Under the pieces are notes generated by a model. The model saw only the letters and a program-made list of their open reading frames with translations. It did no database searches and was not told where the DNA came from. DNA of 64,000 nucleotides from an uncultured Acidobacteriota bacterium (lineage in GTDB: Bacteria > Acidobacteriota > Terriglobia > UBA7540): positions 352,001-416,000 of the forward strand of contig CAWDSK010000003.1 of the NCBI GenBank assembly GCA_963804995.1, written 5' to 3'. Shown one piece after another: positions 54,301-63,851 of this stretch; position 1 is the stretch's first letter, and each line of letters opens with the position of its first letter. The translations under genes were made by a program, and so were the position numbers.

Positions 54301-54571
54301 CGGCGTCAATCCTACCGTGGCAGCTCTGGAAGCAGGCTTCACCCGCTTCCGGCCCGTGATCATGACCGCGTTGGCCATGATCATCGGCATGGTACCCATG
54401 GCGCTGGGGATGGGTGAAGGAGGCGAAGAAAACGCCCCGCTCGGCCGCGCCGTAATCGGAGGCTTGCTATTCGCCACCGTCGCCACGCTGTTTTTCGTAC
54501 CTACCGTGTTCAGCCTGCTGCACGGTTGGCGCGCGGCGCGGGCGGAAAACTCCGGCCGGCGCGAGGCCTAA
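51395..54571 (+). CDS. RND efflux permease (AcrB/AcrD/AcrF family)
   Basis: 1058 aa; DIFPNINIP, GILVDDATVAVENI and RFRPVIMT motifs. Confidence 0.95.
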   Translation: MWIVRLALRRPYTFVVMSIVILILGVLSILRTPKDIFPNINIPVVSVNWGYSGLSAQQMAYRMAVINERSMTLTVNDIEHIESESLNGTTVIKIFFQPGANIGTALSQVTAICQTQLHQFPPGTSPPFIMQYSASTVPILQLGLSGKGLSEQQLFDLGANFIRVQLADVEGAAIPWPYGGKQRTVQVDLDTTALQSKGLSPADVANAINAQNLILPSGTSKIGMYQYDVETNGSPLTTEALNDLPVKTSGNTVIYIRDVAHVRDGFPPQANIVRVNGQRAALMTAMKTGKSSTLDIIAQIKAELPRIQRGLPPQLRIHYLADQSLFVRAAIKGVVREAIVAALLTAAMILLFLGSWRSTVIVVVSIPLSILTSLIVLSALGETINIMTLGGFALAVGILVDDATVAVENINRNLAMGKEILQGILDGAEQIAVPALVSTLAICIVFVPMFFLTGVARYLFVPLAEAVSFAMLASYLLSRTLVPTMARYLLRGHEHDAENLETEAQRHLLARLQLRFEHAFERLRGSYRGWLRTCLQHPGRLAAGVLGAALASLLLIPWIGQDFFPKVDSGQFTLHLRAPTGTRIEETARLCDFVENSIRREIPPREVAGITDNIGLPYSIVSLAYSTSAPIGTGDADILVSLTPEHHPTADYVDRLRLRLAREFPGVTFYVLASDMITQILNFGLPAPINIQVVGQNLMANRQFADQLLNKIKYIPGAVDLRIQEPFNQPRLQVDIDRTRAAQVGYTPLNIASNLLVSLSGSFQTAPTFWLDPRTGVSYSVTTQTPEYRINSLQDLENIPVTSAGHSPPQILGNLAAISRGASLAAVSHYNVQPVINIYGAVEGRDLGGVARDLDRIVDEAQKSLPRGSWTIVRGQIETMRSSFAGLWAGLVFSIVLVYLLIVVNFQSWLDPLIIISALPTALAGIVWCLFTTHTTLSVPALIGSVMCVGVATANSILVVSFARDQMDDGVNPTVAALEAGFTRFRPVIMTALAMIIGMVPMALGMGEGGEENAPLGRAVIGGLLFATVATLFFVPTVFSLLHGWRAARAENSGRREA

Positions 54572-54599
54572 GGTTGTTTCCACGTCCTGGAGGACGTTA

Positions 54600-55829
54600 A
54601 TGAGTGTTGAAGAAAGCTACGGAGTCGTGACCCGCGACGGGTCGGGCGCTGAACCGGTTCCCCCCGGTTCGCGTCCCCCTTCCTCGGCGACCGGCAAGGT
54701 GATTGTATGGCTCCTGCTCATCCTGATTGTGGCCGGCGGAATTGTCTACCGGGGAATCGTCAGCCGTGCCCGAGCCGCAGCCAAGGTGAAGAGTGAGACG
54801 CAAGAATTAGCTGTGCCCACAGTTTTGGTGGCTCAGCCGAAGCGCCGCGCCCCCCAGGAAGAAATCGTCTTGCCTGGAAATATCCAGGCATTCATCGATG
54901 CACCCCTCTACGCCCGCACCAATGGCTACTTGAAGCATTGGTATGTAGATATCGGGGGGCGCGTCAAAGCCGGGCAGCTCCTGGCGGAAATCGATACTCC
55001 GGAAGTGGACCAACAACTCCAACAAGCGCGGGCGGACCTCGCCACGGCGAAGGCCAACTACGACCTCGCACAGACCACTGCAGCGCGCTATGAATACCTG
55101 CTGAAGACCGATTCCGTCGCCCAGCAGGATGTGGATAACGCCGTGGGAAATGCCCAGGCTAAGAAGGCCATGGTGGATTCTGCCGCCGATAACGTGAAAC
55201 GCCTTGAGCAATTGCAATCCTTTGAGAAGATTTATGCTCCCTTCGACGGCGTGCTGACGGCGCGGAACACCGACATCGGCCAGTTGATCGATTCCGGAAG
55301 CGGCACCCCCGCCAAGGAACTGTTCCACGTTGCCGCCATCCATACGCTGCGCGTTTATGTAAACGTTCCGCAAATTTACTCGCGGTCTGCGGCGCCGGGG
55401 GTTGGAGCATACTTGACCCTTCCCCAGTTTCCAGGCCGCCATTTTGAAGGCAAGCTGGTACGAACCGCTGAGGCCATTGACCAGACCTCCCGCACCCTGC
55501 TCGCGGAAATTGATGTGGCCAATTCTACGGGCGAGCTCCTGCCCGGAGCGTACGCGGAAGTTCATTTGCGCTTGCCCTCCGCCGCATCGACCGTCATCGT
55601 CCCGGTCACCTGCCTGATTTTCCGGTCTGAAGGCCTGCACGTGGGAGTGGTCCGGGAGGGGAAGGTGGTGTTGGTCCCCGTCACTCTGGGGAGAGACTTT
55701 GGGACGGAGGTTGAGGTGAATTCGGGCCTCGATGGAAACGAACCGGTCATTACTAACCCGCCGGATTCGATCGTCGCCGGGCAAGAAGTTCGCATCGCGA
55801 CCCCCGCGGGTATTTTTGGCGGGGAGTGA
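54600..55829 (+). CDS. RND periplasmic adaptor (membrane fusion protein)
   Basis: N-terminal TM; ARTNGYL..WYVDIG.RVKAGQLLAEI and APFDGV motifs. Confidence 0.92.
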   Translation: MSVEESYGVVTRDGSGAEPVPPGSRPPSSATGKVIVWLLLILIVAGGIVYRGIVSRARAAAKVKSETQELAVPTVLVAQPKRRAPQEEIVLPGNIQAFIDAPLYARTNGYLKHWYVDIGGRVKAGQLLAEIDTPEVDQQLQQARADLATAKANYDLAQTTAARYEYLLKTDSVAQQDVDNAVGNAQAKKAMVDSAADNVKRLEQLQSFEKIYAPFDGVLTARNTDIGQLIDSGSGTPAKELFHVAAIHTLRVYVNVPQIYSRSAAPGVGAYLTLPQFPGRHFEGKLVRTAEAIDQTSRTLLAEIDVANSTGELLPGAYAEVHLRLPSAASTVIVPVTCLIFRSEGLHVGVVREGKVVLVPVTLGRDFGTEVEVNSGLDGNEPVITNPPDSIVAGQEVRIATPAGIFGGE

Positions 55830-55877
55830 AGGCATTGGCGATTGGCGATTGGTGATTTTGGATTGAGAAGTGGACTC

Positions 55878-57575
55878 ATGCGGTGTGCAGTGAAAGTGCG
55901 AAGCTCGAGGGCCGTGGCCCAAGAGGCAACCAGCCTTCCGCCTTCTGCCCGCTACCTTCCGCCTTCTGCCTTCCGCCTTCTGCCTACTGCCTTCCGCCTA
56001 CTGCCTACTGCCTTCCGCCTACTGCCTACTGCCTTCCGCCTACTGCCTACTGCCTTCCGCCTACTGCCTACTGCCTACTGCCTTCTGCCTTCTGCCTTCT
56101 GCCTACTGCTTTCCGCCTTCTGCCTTCTGTTCTTAACAGCCGCCTGCTCGGTGGGTCCCAAGTACTCGAAGCCCGCGGTGCCAACGCCGCCCGCGTACAA
56201 AGAGCTCGCGCCCATCCCCCCCGAAGCCATGGGCGAGTGGAAGGCCGGCCAGCCCCAGGACCAAGTCATTCGCGGCAAATGGTGGGAAGTTTTCCAAGAC
56301 CCGCAATTGAATGCCTTCGAGGAGCGCGTCGAAGTTTCGAACCAGAACCTGAAGGTCGCCGAGGCACAGTTCCGCCAGGCGCGGGCGTTGGTTCGATTTT
56401 CCCGCGCCGGCCTTTATCCGACCGTCACCACGGGCCCTTCCATCACGGGCGAACAAACTTCCAAGAATGCTCCCAGCCCCTCTTCCAAGGCGGGCCAGAC
56501 CGTGGGTGATTTTGTGTGGCCCTTCGATTTTTCCTACGAGGCCGACGTGTGGGGGCGAGTCCATCACACAGTGGAGGCCGCCCGGGAGACTGCCCAGGCG
56601 AGCGCTGCCGACCTCGAAACGCTCCGGCTCAGCATTCACGCCGAGCTGGCCTTCGACTACTTCCAGCTTCGTGGCCTGGATGCTCAGCAGCAATTGCTCG
56701 ACTCGACCGTGGTCGCCTACCAGAAAGCCCTGGACCTGACCACCAACCGATTCAATGGTGGCCTGGCGGCCAAGGCGGAAGTCGCGCAAGCCGAAACTCA
56801 GCTCGAGGCGACGCAAGCGCAGGCCATCGATGTCGGAGTTGAGCGCGCCCAATTCGAGCATGCGATCGCCGCGCTCATCGGTGAGCCCGCCTCGACTTTC
56901 TCCATCGCTCCCTCGCCGCGGAACACACCCCCTCCGCAGATTCCGGTGGGAGTGCCGTCCCAGCTCCTGGAGCGCCGCCCTGACATCGCCGCCGCCGAAC
57001 GCCGCATGGCCGCCGCCAACGCCCAAATCGCTGTGGCCCAGACGGCTTTCTATCCCACGCTGCTTCTCGGCGCCAGCGGTGGGTTTGAAGGTTCCAAAAT
57101 CACCAATTGGTTGTCGTGGCCCAGCCACTTGTGGGCAGTGGGACCGTCGCTGCTCCAGACCCTCTACGATGCCGGCGCGCGCCACGCCGTTACCGACCAG
57201 GCCTGGGCTGCCTATGATGCCAACGTCGCTTCCTACCGCCAAAATGTGATCACCGCCTTCCAGGAGGTGGAGGATAACCTGGCAGCGCTGCGCGTCCTGG
57301 ACGAGGAGAGCCGGAAACAGAATCAAGCGGTCGAGGCGGCGGAGCGCTCGCTGGCACTCTCCACGAACCGGTACAAAGGGGGCCTGGTAACCTATCTTGA
57401 AGTCATCACTGCCCAGAGCGCGGCGTTGACCAACGAGCGCGTGGCCGTTGATATTTCCACACGCCGATTGAGTTCGAGTGTGCTGCTGATCAAGGCGTTG
57501 GGCGGTGGATGGGACGTCTCGAACCTGCCGCAAATTACCGGCCAGGAACCCCACGCAATTCATCCGGGGTCATAA
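55878..57575 (+). CDS. Outer-membrane efflux lipoprotein (NodT/OprM family) with a repeat-derived N-terminus
   Basis: [11 protein letters not shown] lipobox; [24 protein letters not shown] and LIKALGGGW motifs; start codon uncertain. Confidence 0.9.
   Translation: MRCAVKVRSSRAVAQEATSLPPSARYLPPSAFRLLPTAFRLLPTAFRLLPTAFRLLPTAFRLLPTAYCLLPSAFCLLLSAFCLLFLTAACSVGPKYSKPAVPTPPAYKELAPIPPEAMGEWKAGQPQDQVIRGKWWEVFQDPQLNAFEERVEVSNQNLKVAEAQFRQARALVRFSRAGLYPTVTTGPSITGEQTSKNAPSPSSKAGQTVGDFVWPFDFSYEADVWGRVHHTVEAARETAQASAADLETLRLSIHAELAFDYFQLRGLDAQQQLLDSTVVAYQKALDLTTNRFNGGLAAKAEVAQAETQLEATQAQAIDVGVERAQFEHAIAALIGEPASTFSIAPSPRNTPPPQIPVGVPSQLLERRPDIAAAERRMAAANAQIAVAQTAFYPTLLLGASGGFEGSKITNWLSWPSHLWAVGPSLLQTLYDAGARHAVTDQAWAAYDANVASYRQNVITAFQEVEDNLAALRVLDEESRKQNQAVEAAERSLALSTNRYKGGLVTYLEVITAQSAALTNERVAVDISTRRLSSSVLLIKALGGGWDVSNLPQITGQEPHAIHPGS
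55931..56130 (+). repeat. Heptamer microsatellite (ctgccta/ctgcctt/ccgccta) inside the CDS
   Basis: Encodes five AFRLLPT units followed by [19 protein letters not shown]. Confidence 0.9.
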
Positions 57576-57618
57576 CAAGGATTGTCGGGGCAAACTTTTG
57601 GACAACGTGATTTTTTAC

Positions 57619-57648
57619 TTGCCTGTTCGCCTTTTATTCGCCTAGAAT
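57619..57648 (+). promoter_or_regulatory. lexA promoter with an overlapping LexA box
   Basis: TTGCCT-N18-TAGAAT with GTTC-gcctttt-ATTC (57625-57639) in the spacer. Confidence 0.6.
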
Positions 57649-57653
57649 AAAGG

Positions 57654-57802
57654 CAGCTGTCAGCGATCAGCTATCAGCTCTCAGCCGTCAGCCCTGCTGA
57701 GCATCAGGAAATTAGCGGGTGCGCGCCCAGCAATCAACATGACCCAGGGGTCAAGCTGATAGCTGAAAGCTGAGAGCTGATAGCCAAGAGTTGAAAGCTG
57801 AG
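57654..57802. repeat. Inverted heptamer arrays (tcagcNN / NNgctga)
   Basis: cagctgtcagcgatcagctatcagctctcagc ... gctgatagctgaaagctgagagctgatagc. Confidence 0.8.
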
Positions 57803-57824
57803 AATCTTTCCCGGAGACTCAACT

Positions 57825-58544
57825 ATGGCCCTCACGCGCCGGCAAAAGCAGGTCTTTGATTTTCTGGTCGGCTTCATCAACGGCCACGGCTACTCGCCAA
57901 GTTTCGAGGAGATCGGCGCGGGGCTGCAGTTGTCGTCCCTCGCCACGGTTCACAAGCACTTGCAGACCCTGGAGAAGAAGGGCTTCATCCGGCGCGCTTA
58001 CAACCAGAGCCGGTCGGTGGAAGTTGTGGCGGTTCCGGCCTCCGTGCCCTTCCTGAAGACCGCCGTGCAACCCTTCGGGCGGCGCAAGGTGGCAACGGAT
58101 GATGTTGACGGCAGCCATCTGCCCGAACTCACTGCCGTTCCCATACCCTCACAGGTGCTCGGCAATATGGAGTATCCTCTACTCGGCCGCATCGCCGCCG
58201 GCCATCCGGTGGAGGCGATCCCCAATGCGGAGACTTTCTCCTTCGGCGACTTTACCCAGGGCCGCGGGAATCTCTTCGTCCTCCGCGTCAAGGGCGATTC
58301 CATGGTCGATGACCACATCTGTAACGGCGACTATATCCTGGTCGAGGGCGCGCAGACGGCGGATAACGGTGACATCGTGGTGGCGCTGATCCAAGGCACC
58401 GACGCCACTCTCAAGCGCTTCTTCCGCGAGTCAAACGGAAAGGTGCGGTTGCAACCCGCCAACTCGCAAATGGATCCTATTATGGTGCCCGCTCGCGATG
58501 TGAAGATTCAAGGACGAGTGGTGGGAGTCCTGCGGAAGTACTGA
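57825..58544 (+). CDS. lexA: SOS repressor LexA
   Basis: LTRRQ..GYSPSFEEI winged HTH; GRIAAG cleavage site; GDSM (Ser) and TLKRF (Lys). Confidence 0.96.
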   Translation: MALTRRQKQVFDFLVGFINGHGYSPSFEEIGAGLQLSSLATVHKHLQTLEKKGFIRRAYNQSRSVEVVAVPASVPFLKTAVQPFGRRKVATDDVDGSHLPELTAVPIPSQVLGNMEYPLLGRIAAGHPVEAIPNAETFSFGDFTQGRGNLFVLRVKGDSMVDDHICNGDYILVEGAQTADNGDIVVALIQGTDATLKRFFRESNGKVRLQPANSQMDPIMVPARDVKIQGRVVGVLRKY

Positions 58545-58571
58545 AAGGGAGAAGTCAGGAGTCAGGAGTTA

Positions 58572-58715
58572 GAATCGAAAATCGAAAATCGAAATTCGAA
58601 AATCGCCAGCTTGCTAAGCAGGTAGCGAGGGAGGCATGGCGATTTTCGAGTTTCGATTTTCGAATTTCGTGTTTTGATTTTCGATTTTCGAGTTTCGTGT
58701 TTCAAGTCTCGATTC
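58572..58715. repeat. Inverted heptamer arrays (tcgaaaa / ttttcga)
   Basis: aatcgaaaatcgaaaatcgaaattcgaaaatcgcca ... tggcgattttcgagtttcgattttcga. Confidence 0.8.
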
Positions 58716-58733
58716 GGTCTGCTGACTGCTAGG

Positions 58734-59630
58734 ATGATGAAATCTCGACCCCTCACCACCGGCCTGTTTCTCGTCGCGGCCTTCGTGTGTCTTGCGGGAG
58801 CCGCCCGCGCGGAAGAAATCACCCTCAAAGACGGCCAGAAGATTGTTGGAACCATCGTCGGATACGAACAGGACATGTTCCGTGTCGAAACCGCCTATGG
58901 CATTGCCCTGATTCGCAAAGACAAGGTCGCCTCGATCGAGGTGTCCAAGACCGAGGAGGGCGCCGGCAAGCCGGAAGCTGGCAAAAAGAAAACCAAGAAA
59001 TCTCCCCGCACCCCAGGCGCGCCGGAGGCTACGACACCGGAGACCACCTCCCCGGCAACACCGGAGAAAACGGAAGTTCCCCCGCCTCCCGTCAGCCACG
59101 CCGTCGATGTGCCCCTTCCCGCCCATCTTCAGGAGCATGTGGACGGCACAACCTACTTCAACGACACCTTCCAGTTCTCCATGTACAAACCTCCGGACTG
59201 GAAGGTTTACGAAGGCGTGCCCAAAGAAACCGGTTCCGGCATCATGGCCATGGGCACCGAGGATGAGCAGACCTTGCTGTTTGTCGATCGCCAGGTGTGG
59301 AGTGGAACTCCTGACCTCGCGAGCGACCAGGTGGAAGCCAAACTTCGCCAGACATATCAGGAGTACCGCAAAACCTCCGAACAACCTTTCGAGTGCGATG
59401 GCCAGCCGGCCAGCCGCCGGGCCTTCACGGGAGTTCTGGACGGCGCGGAGTGGCACGGTGTGGCCGTCCACGTAACGCACGGAAACATGGTCTTCGGAAT
59501 CATCGGGCTCACTTCGGCCGAGACCTTCGAATTCCAGCAAGCCATTTTCGGCAAGATCATCAAGACGTTTCATTTCCTATCCCCGCCCGCGCCCACCGCC
59601 GGCCTGGGCACTACAAAGCCTTCCTCTTAA
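58734..59630 (+). CDS. Secreted hypothetical protein (small beta domain, Pro/Thr linker, PsbP-like C-terminus)
   Basis: Signal peptide; EEITLKDGQKIVG and FSMYKPPDWK. Confidence 0.6.
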   Translation: MMKSRPLTTGLFLVAAFVCLAGAARAEEITLKDGQKIVGTIVGYEQDMFRVETAYGIALIRKDKVASIEVSKTEEGAGKPEAGKKKTKKSPRTPGAPEATTPETTSPATPEKTEVPPPPVSHAVDVPLPAHLQEHVDGTTYFNDTFQFSMYKPPDWKVYEGVPKETGSGIMAMGTEDEQTLLFVDRQVWSGTPDLASDQVEAKLRQTYQEYRKTSEQPFECDGQPASRRAFTGVLDGAEWHGVAVHVTHGNMVFGIIGLTSAETFEFQQAIFGKIIKTFHFLSPPAPTAGLGTTKPSS

Positions 59631-59685
59631 GAGTCTGGGTGAATACCTTCCTCGGCACACTATTGGCGGGGCTGCCCCAGAGTGG

Positions 59686-59825
59686 GTAGCGCGGACCCCC
59701 GTGGTTGGGGTCCGCGGTTCTTCAGTAAGGCAAAACGCAAATGTCAAGAACCTGGCGCTTGACTCGGATTCGGGAGTGTGACCTTACGGAAGAACCTCAG
59801 ACCCCAAGAGCGGGGGTCTGCGTTC
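59686..59825. repeat. GTAG REPIN doublet (family A)
   Basis: gtagcgcggacccccg..ggggtccgcggttcttc ... gaagaacctcagacccc..ggggtctgcg; the interior is also partly palindromic. Confidence 0.8.
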
Positions 59826-59901
59826 GCTCTCCCCCCAGAGGGCGAGGGTGGTAATACTAGGAACTTGCCTGAAGCAAAGCTTTTCCGTTATGCTGGGACG
59901 T

Positions 59902-60156
59902 ATGGAAGTGCACTTCAACCCCGATCTGCAAGCCAAGCTCGATAAGCTGGCAACCGAAACCGGGCGCCCAACAGGTAAATTGGTTGAGGATGTCGTTGCG
60001 GGCTATTTCGACGAGCTTGCACAGACGCGGGAAATGCTCAACAGCCGCTATGACGACCTGAAGAGCGGCAGGGTGAAGCCCATCGATGGCGAGGAGTTTT
60101 TTGAAAGCCTTCGCCGCCGCGAGGATGAATTGCTCAAGAAGCATTCGTCCCAATGA
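59902..60156 (+). CDS. Antitoxin (RHH/ParD-like)
   Basis: LQAKLDKLATETGR..LVEDVV..Y and DLKSGRVKPIDGEE; ATGA overlap with the toxin. Confidence 0.75.
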   Translation: MEVHFNPDLQAKLDKLATETGRPTGKLVEDVVAGYFDELAQTREMLNSRYDDLKSGRVKPIDGEEFFESLRRREDELLKKHSSQ

Positions 60157-60473
60157 GTGCAGAGCCGGGCTTTGCCCTTCATCCCCACGCCACACAGGAC
60201 ATTACAGAAATTTGGCAATTCATCGCCGAAGATAACCCACTTGCGGCCCGCCGGGTTCGAGAGGAAATACTCAGCACCCTTCGCGGGCTGGTACCTTTTC
60301 CAAATCAGGGCCACAGGCGACCGGACCTCACTTCGCGGCCTTTGCGGTTCACACTGGTCCGCGGTTATTTGATTGCCTATGCGCCGGATGAAAAACCCTT
60401 GTGGGTTGTCGCGGTCCTACACGCACGCCGCAACCCACGCGTGATGGCTGCAATCCTCAGAGGCAGAGAATAA
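60153..60473 (+). CDS. RelE/ParE-family toxin
   Basis: ATQDITEIWQFIAEDNPLAA, P..GHRRPDL, YLIAY and VLHARR motifs. Confidence 0.88.
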   Translation: MSAEPGFALHPHATQDITEIWQFIAEDNPLAARRVREEILSTLRGLVPFPNQGHRRPDLTSRPLRFTLVRGYLIAYAPDEKPLWVVAVLHARRNPRVMAAILRGRE

Positions 60474-60517
60474 TCTCACGTTCAAACAGGGTCACTTTGC
60501 CCTTGAACCCTCAGGCT

Positions 60518-60612
60518 TATTGCAAGTAAGTTGCAACTAAAGAAAACCCGACAAACCATAACCCCTTCTATTTCAATCTATAATTGACATGCCTCAAAAA
60601 TGTTCTTAGCAT
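60518..60612 (+). promoter_or_regulatory. Palindromic operator and sigma70 promoter upstream of the iron-uptake operon
   Basis: TTGCAA-gtaag-TTGCAA (60520-60536); TTGACA-N17-TAGCAT (60584-60612). Confidence 0.5.
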
Positions 60613-60665
60613 GGAAGATGTAAGTCATTGCTAATTAACAGGGCCTAGGTTCTACTCTTTTTGAT

Positions 60666-61931
60666 ATGTTTCAATCCCTTGTCATCACGCTCCGCGAAGG
60701 TGTCGAAGCCGCCCTCATTCTCGGCATCGTGCTCGGCTACCTCCAGAAAACCGGCCGCCAGGCCTGGAGCCGCTTCGCCTGGTGGGGGCTGGCCTCGGCC
60801 GTCGCCGCCAGCCTCGCCGCTGCCTATGTTGTCTACCGCTTCGAAGTCGTAGAGGACGCTTACGAAGGCTGGCTGATGCTACTTGGCGCGGTCTTTGTTG
60901 CCTCCATGGTGTATTGGATGTGGCGAACCGGCAAGCGGTTGAAGGGGGAAATCGAGTCCAAGCTTTCGGACCTATCTCGCGCGCCGGGTCGCGGGGCAGC
61001 GTTTGGCCTCTTCCTCTTCGTTTTCCTCATGGTATTCCGCGAAGGCATCGAAACCGTGCTGTTTCTTGCCGCCATTTCCTTGCGTACCAGCGAACTGCTG
61101 AACTTCATGGGAGGCGTATCAGGCCTCCTGCTCGCCATTGCCCTGGGGGTCGCATTCTTCAAGGGCAGCTTGAAGGTTGACCTCCGCAAATTTTTTACGG
61201 TCACCACCCTGGTCCTTTTTGTGGTGGCGGCGCAGCTTTTTGTCTCGGGCGTGCACGAGCTTTCGGAAGCCCAGGTGCTTCCTTCGAGCCCCCGTGAGAT
61301 GGCCCTGATCGGCCCCATCGTCAACAACGACGCCTTCTTTTTCGTGGTCATTGTGGCGCTGGCGCTCTTCCTGATTATCGCGCAGCGGATTCAGGCCGCC
61401 AATCCCCCGGAGGGTGCCTCAAACCAGTTATCGCTGCCCGAACGCCGCAAGCTGTTGGCGGACCAGCAACGCGACCGTTTCTGGAAGCTCGCCGCGACCG
61501 CAGCCGGCCTGCTGGTAATCGTGTTGATTTCGGCGCAATTTATCTACTCGCGCACCGCGCACGCCATGACGCCGCCGGAGCGGCTCACCCTCGTGGATGG
61601 AGAGGCGCAAATCTCTACGTCCCTTCTGGCTGACCACAACCTGCACTGCTTTGTGATCGACGTGGAGGGGGTGGAAGTGCGCGTTATCGCCATCGTCGAT
61701 TCCTCCGGCACCCTGCGCGCCGGCTTGGACGCCTGCCAGATCTGCGGGCATCAGGGCTACTACCAGGACGGGATGAACGTGATTTGCCGCCATTGCGGCG
61801 CCGTGATTTACATTCCCACGATTGGTCTGGCGGGCGGGTGCAATCCCATTCACATCGACTACCGCGTCGAGGGTGACTCGGTCCGCATCGCCACCTCTGC
61901 GCTCTCGGGCGCCGCCCAGCATTTCCACTGA
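60666..61931 (+). CDS. FTR1-family iron permease fused to a DUF2318 Cys-rich domain
   Basis: Two REGxE motifs (LREGVEA, FREGIET); C-terminal DACQIC..YYQ..ICRHC..GGCNP. Confidence 0.85.
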   Translation: MFQSLVITLREGVEAALILGIVLGYLQKTGRQAWSRFAWWGLASAVAASLAAAYVVYRFEVVEDAYEGWLMLLGAVFVASMVYWMWRTGKRLKGEIESKLSDLSRAPGRGAAFGLFLFVFLMVFREGIETVLFLAAISLRTSELLNFMGGVSGLLLAIALGVAFFKGSLKVDLRKFFTVTTLVLFVVAAQLFVSGVHELSEAQVLPSSPREMALIGPIVNNDAFFFVVIVALALFLIIAQRIQAANPPEGASNQLSLPERRKLLADQQRDRFWKLAATAAGLLVIVLISAQFIYSRTAHAMTPPERLTLVDGEAQISTSLLADHNLHCFVIDVEGVEVRVIAIVDSSGTLRAGLDACQICGHQGYYQDGMNVICRHCGAVIYIPTIGLAGGCNPIHIDYRVEGDSVRIATSALSGAAQHFH

Positions 61932-61938
61932 GATCCCT

Positions 61939-63262
61939 ATGCTCATCCGCATCGCACTCGAATCTCTTGCCCGCCGGCGTCGCCGCAAGCTGCTGAGCGT
62001 TCTGGCGGTGGCGCTGGGGATTTCCGTCACCGCCGCGGTGGCGACCATGGCTCTCGACGTGGGCGACAAGGTCAGCCGTGAGCTGCGCTCTTTCGGAGCC
62101 AACCTCTCCCTGACCCCCGCGGCGGACGGCTTGGCAGTAGCCGTGGGGGGCATCGACTACCGGCCGGCGGGGGCGGGCGCGTTTCTGCCGGAGTCCGCGC
62201 TGGTGAGTTTGAAAAAAATCTTCTGGCGAAACAACATTGTTGCCTTTGCGCCGTTTCTCTATGTGCCCGCCACGGTCACAGGCGCCCGCGTGGTCGTTAT
62301 CGGGAGCTGGTTTGAGAAAACGCTGCCGGTCGACAAGTCGGAAGAGTTTGTCACCGGACTCGAGAAGCTCCATCCCACCTGGAAGGTAACGGGCGCGTGG
62401 CCCTCGGACGAAGATGCGGTGGGTGCGCTGGTGGGGAGTTGTCTCGCCGCGCGACTGAATTTGCATTCCGGACAGACCCTCACCGCCGTGATAGCTGCTA
62501 CGAAAGGCGGACCGGCGACTGCTTCCCTTCCCCGAGAACCTCGGCCCACGCCCGCACCATCCTCGGAATTTGTGGTGCGGGGAATTCTCGAAACGGGCGG
62601 TCCCGAAGACGATCAGATAATTGCACCGCTCGCGTCCGTCCAGCGCTGGGCAGGGCTCGAAGGCAAAGTGCGGCGCGTAGAAATCAGCGCCCTCACCAAG
62701 CCCGAAGATGATTTCGCCCGCTCGGAACGTCACGCACCTTTCCGGTAAAGAATTCGACCGCTGGTATTGCACGCCTTACGCCAGCGCCATCGCCTATCAG
62801 ATCCAGCAGGCGATTCCCGAGGGACAGGCGAAGCCGGTCTACCAGGTGGCGGAAACTGAAGGCCGAATTCTGGACCGGGTGGGCGTGTTGATGGCCCTGC
62901 TGGTTGTCGCCGCGCTCGTTGCCGCCGCGCTCGCCGTCGCTTCCATGATGCTGGCCTCGGTGCTCGAACGCCAGGCGGAGATTGGCCTCTTCAAATCGCT
63001 GGGGGCCACCGACGCGCGAGTGGCCGCGGTTTTCTTGTTGGAGGCCTCAGCCATCGGCATCCTGGGAGGCGTGGCGGGATATTTCCTCGGCACCCTGCTG
63101 GTGTGGCGTCTGGCCTTGGTAGTCTTTGGAACCCCGGTGGGCGTTCACTGGGTGATTCTACCGGCGTGCCTGGCGCTTGCGCTGCTCGTCACCTTGGCAG
63201 GAAGCGCCCTGCCCCTCGGCCGAGCCCTGAAAGTGTCACCCTCCGTCGCATTGAGGGATTGA
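61939..63262 (+). CDS. ABC transporter permease (MacB/FtsX-like), frameshift near 62725
   Basis: GDKVSRELRSFGANL, WYCTPY and ER..EIGLFKSLGA motifs over two frames. Confidence 0.82.
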
Positions 63263-63294
63263 GTATGGGGTTTAGGGGTTAGGGGTTGACGATC

Positions 63295-63728
63295 GTAGCG
63301 CGGACCTCCGCTGTTGAGGTCCGCGGCACTTCATACGAAAAACCTCAGGCCCTAACGAAGGGGGCTGCCCTCGGATTCGGTAGCGTGAATTCAATGAAGA
63401 ACCGCCCCGATGAATCGGGGCGCTACGGTTGCTCGAGGAGCGTGAAGCCATTTGAATTCATAGCCCTCTCCGAGGGGAGAGGGTGGCCCGCCGCCGGCCT
63501 TCTCATCAGCCGGGGCGGGACGGGTGAGGGGTCGTTTCTCTATGCCAGCACCGACTCTCAGGGTTCACGATCTAAGGCAGCAAATGAGCGTAGCGCGGAC
63601 CTCCGCTGTTGAGGTCCGCGGCACTTCATACGAAAAACCTCAGGCCCTAACGAAGGGGGCTGCCCTTGGATTCGGTAGCGTGAATTCAATGAAGAACCGC
63701 AGACCTCAACCCCGGAGGTCTGCGCTAC
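63295..63728. repeat. Two copies of a REPIN unit flanking a family-B hairpin
   Basis: 63295-63426 and 63590-63728 are near-identical except for the right arm; family-B repeat at 63462-63531. Confidence 0.85.
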
Positions 63729-63851
63729 GGCTGCTTGTTCGTCTAATGGCCAGATGGCCCGATGATCCGATGAACCGATAGCTATATGAATCGATCACCC
63801 GATCACCCGATCGCCCGATCGCCCGATCACCGGATCTCCCGATCCGCCTCC

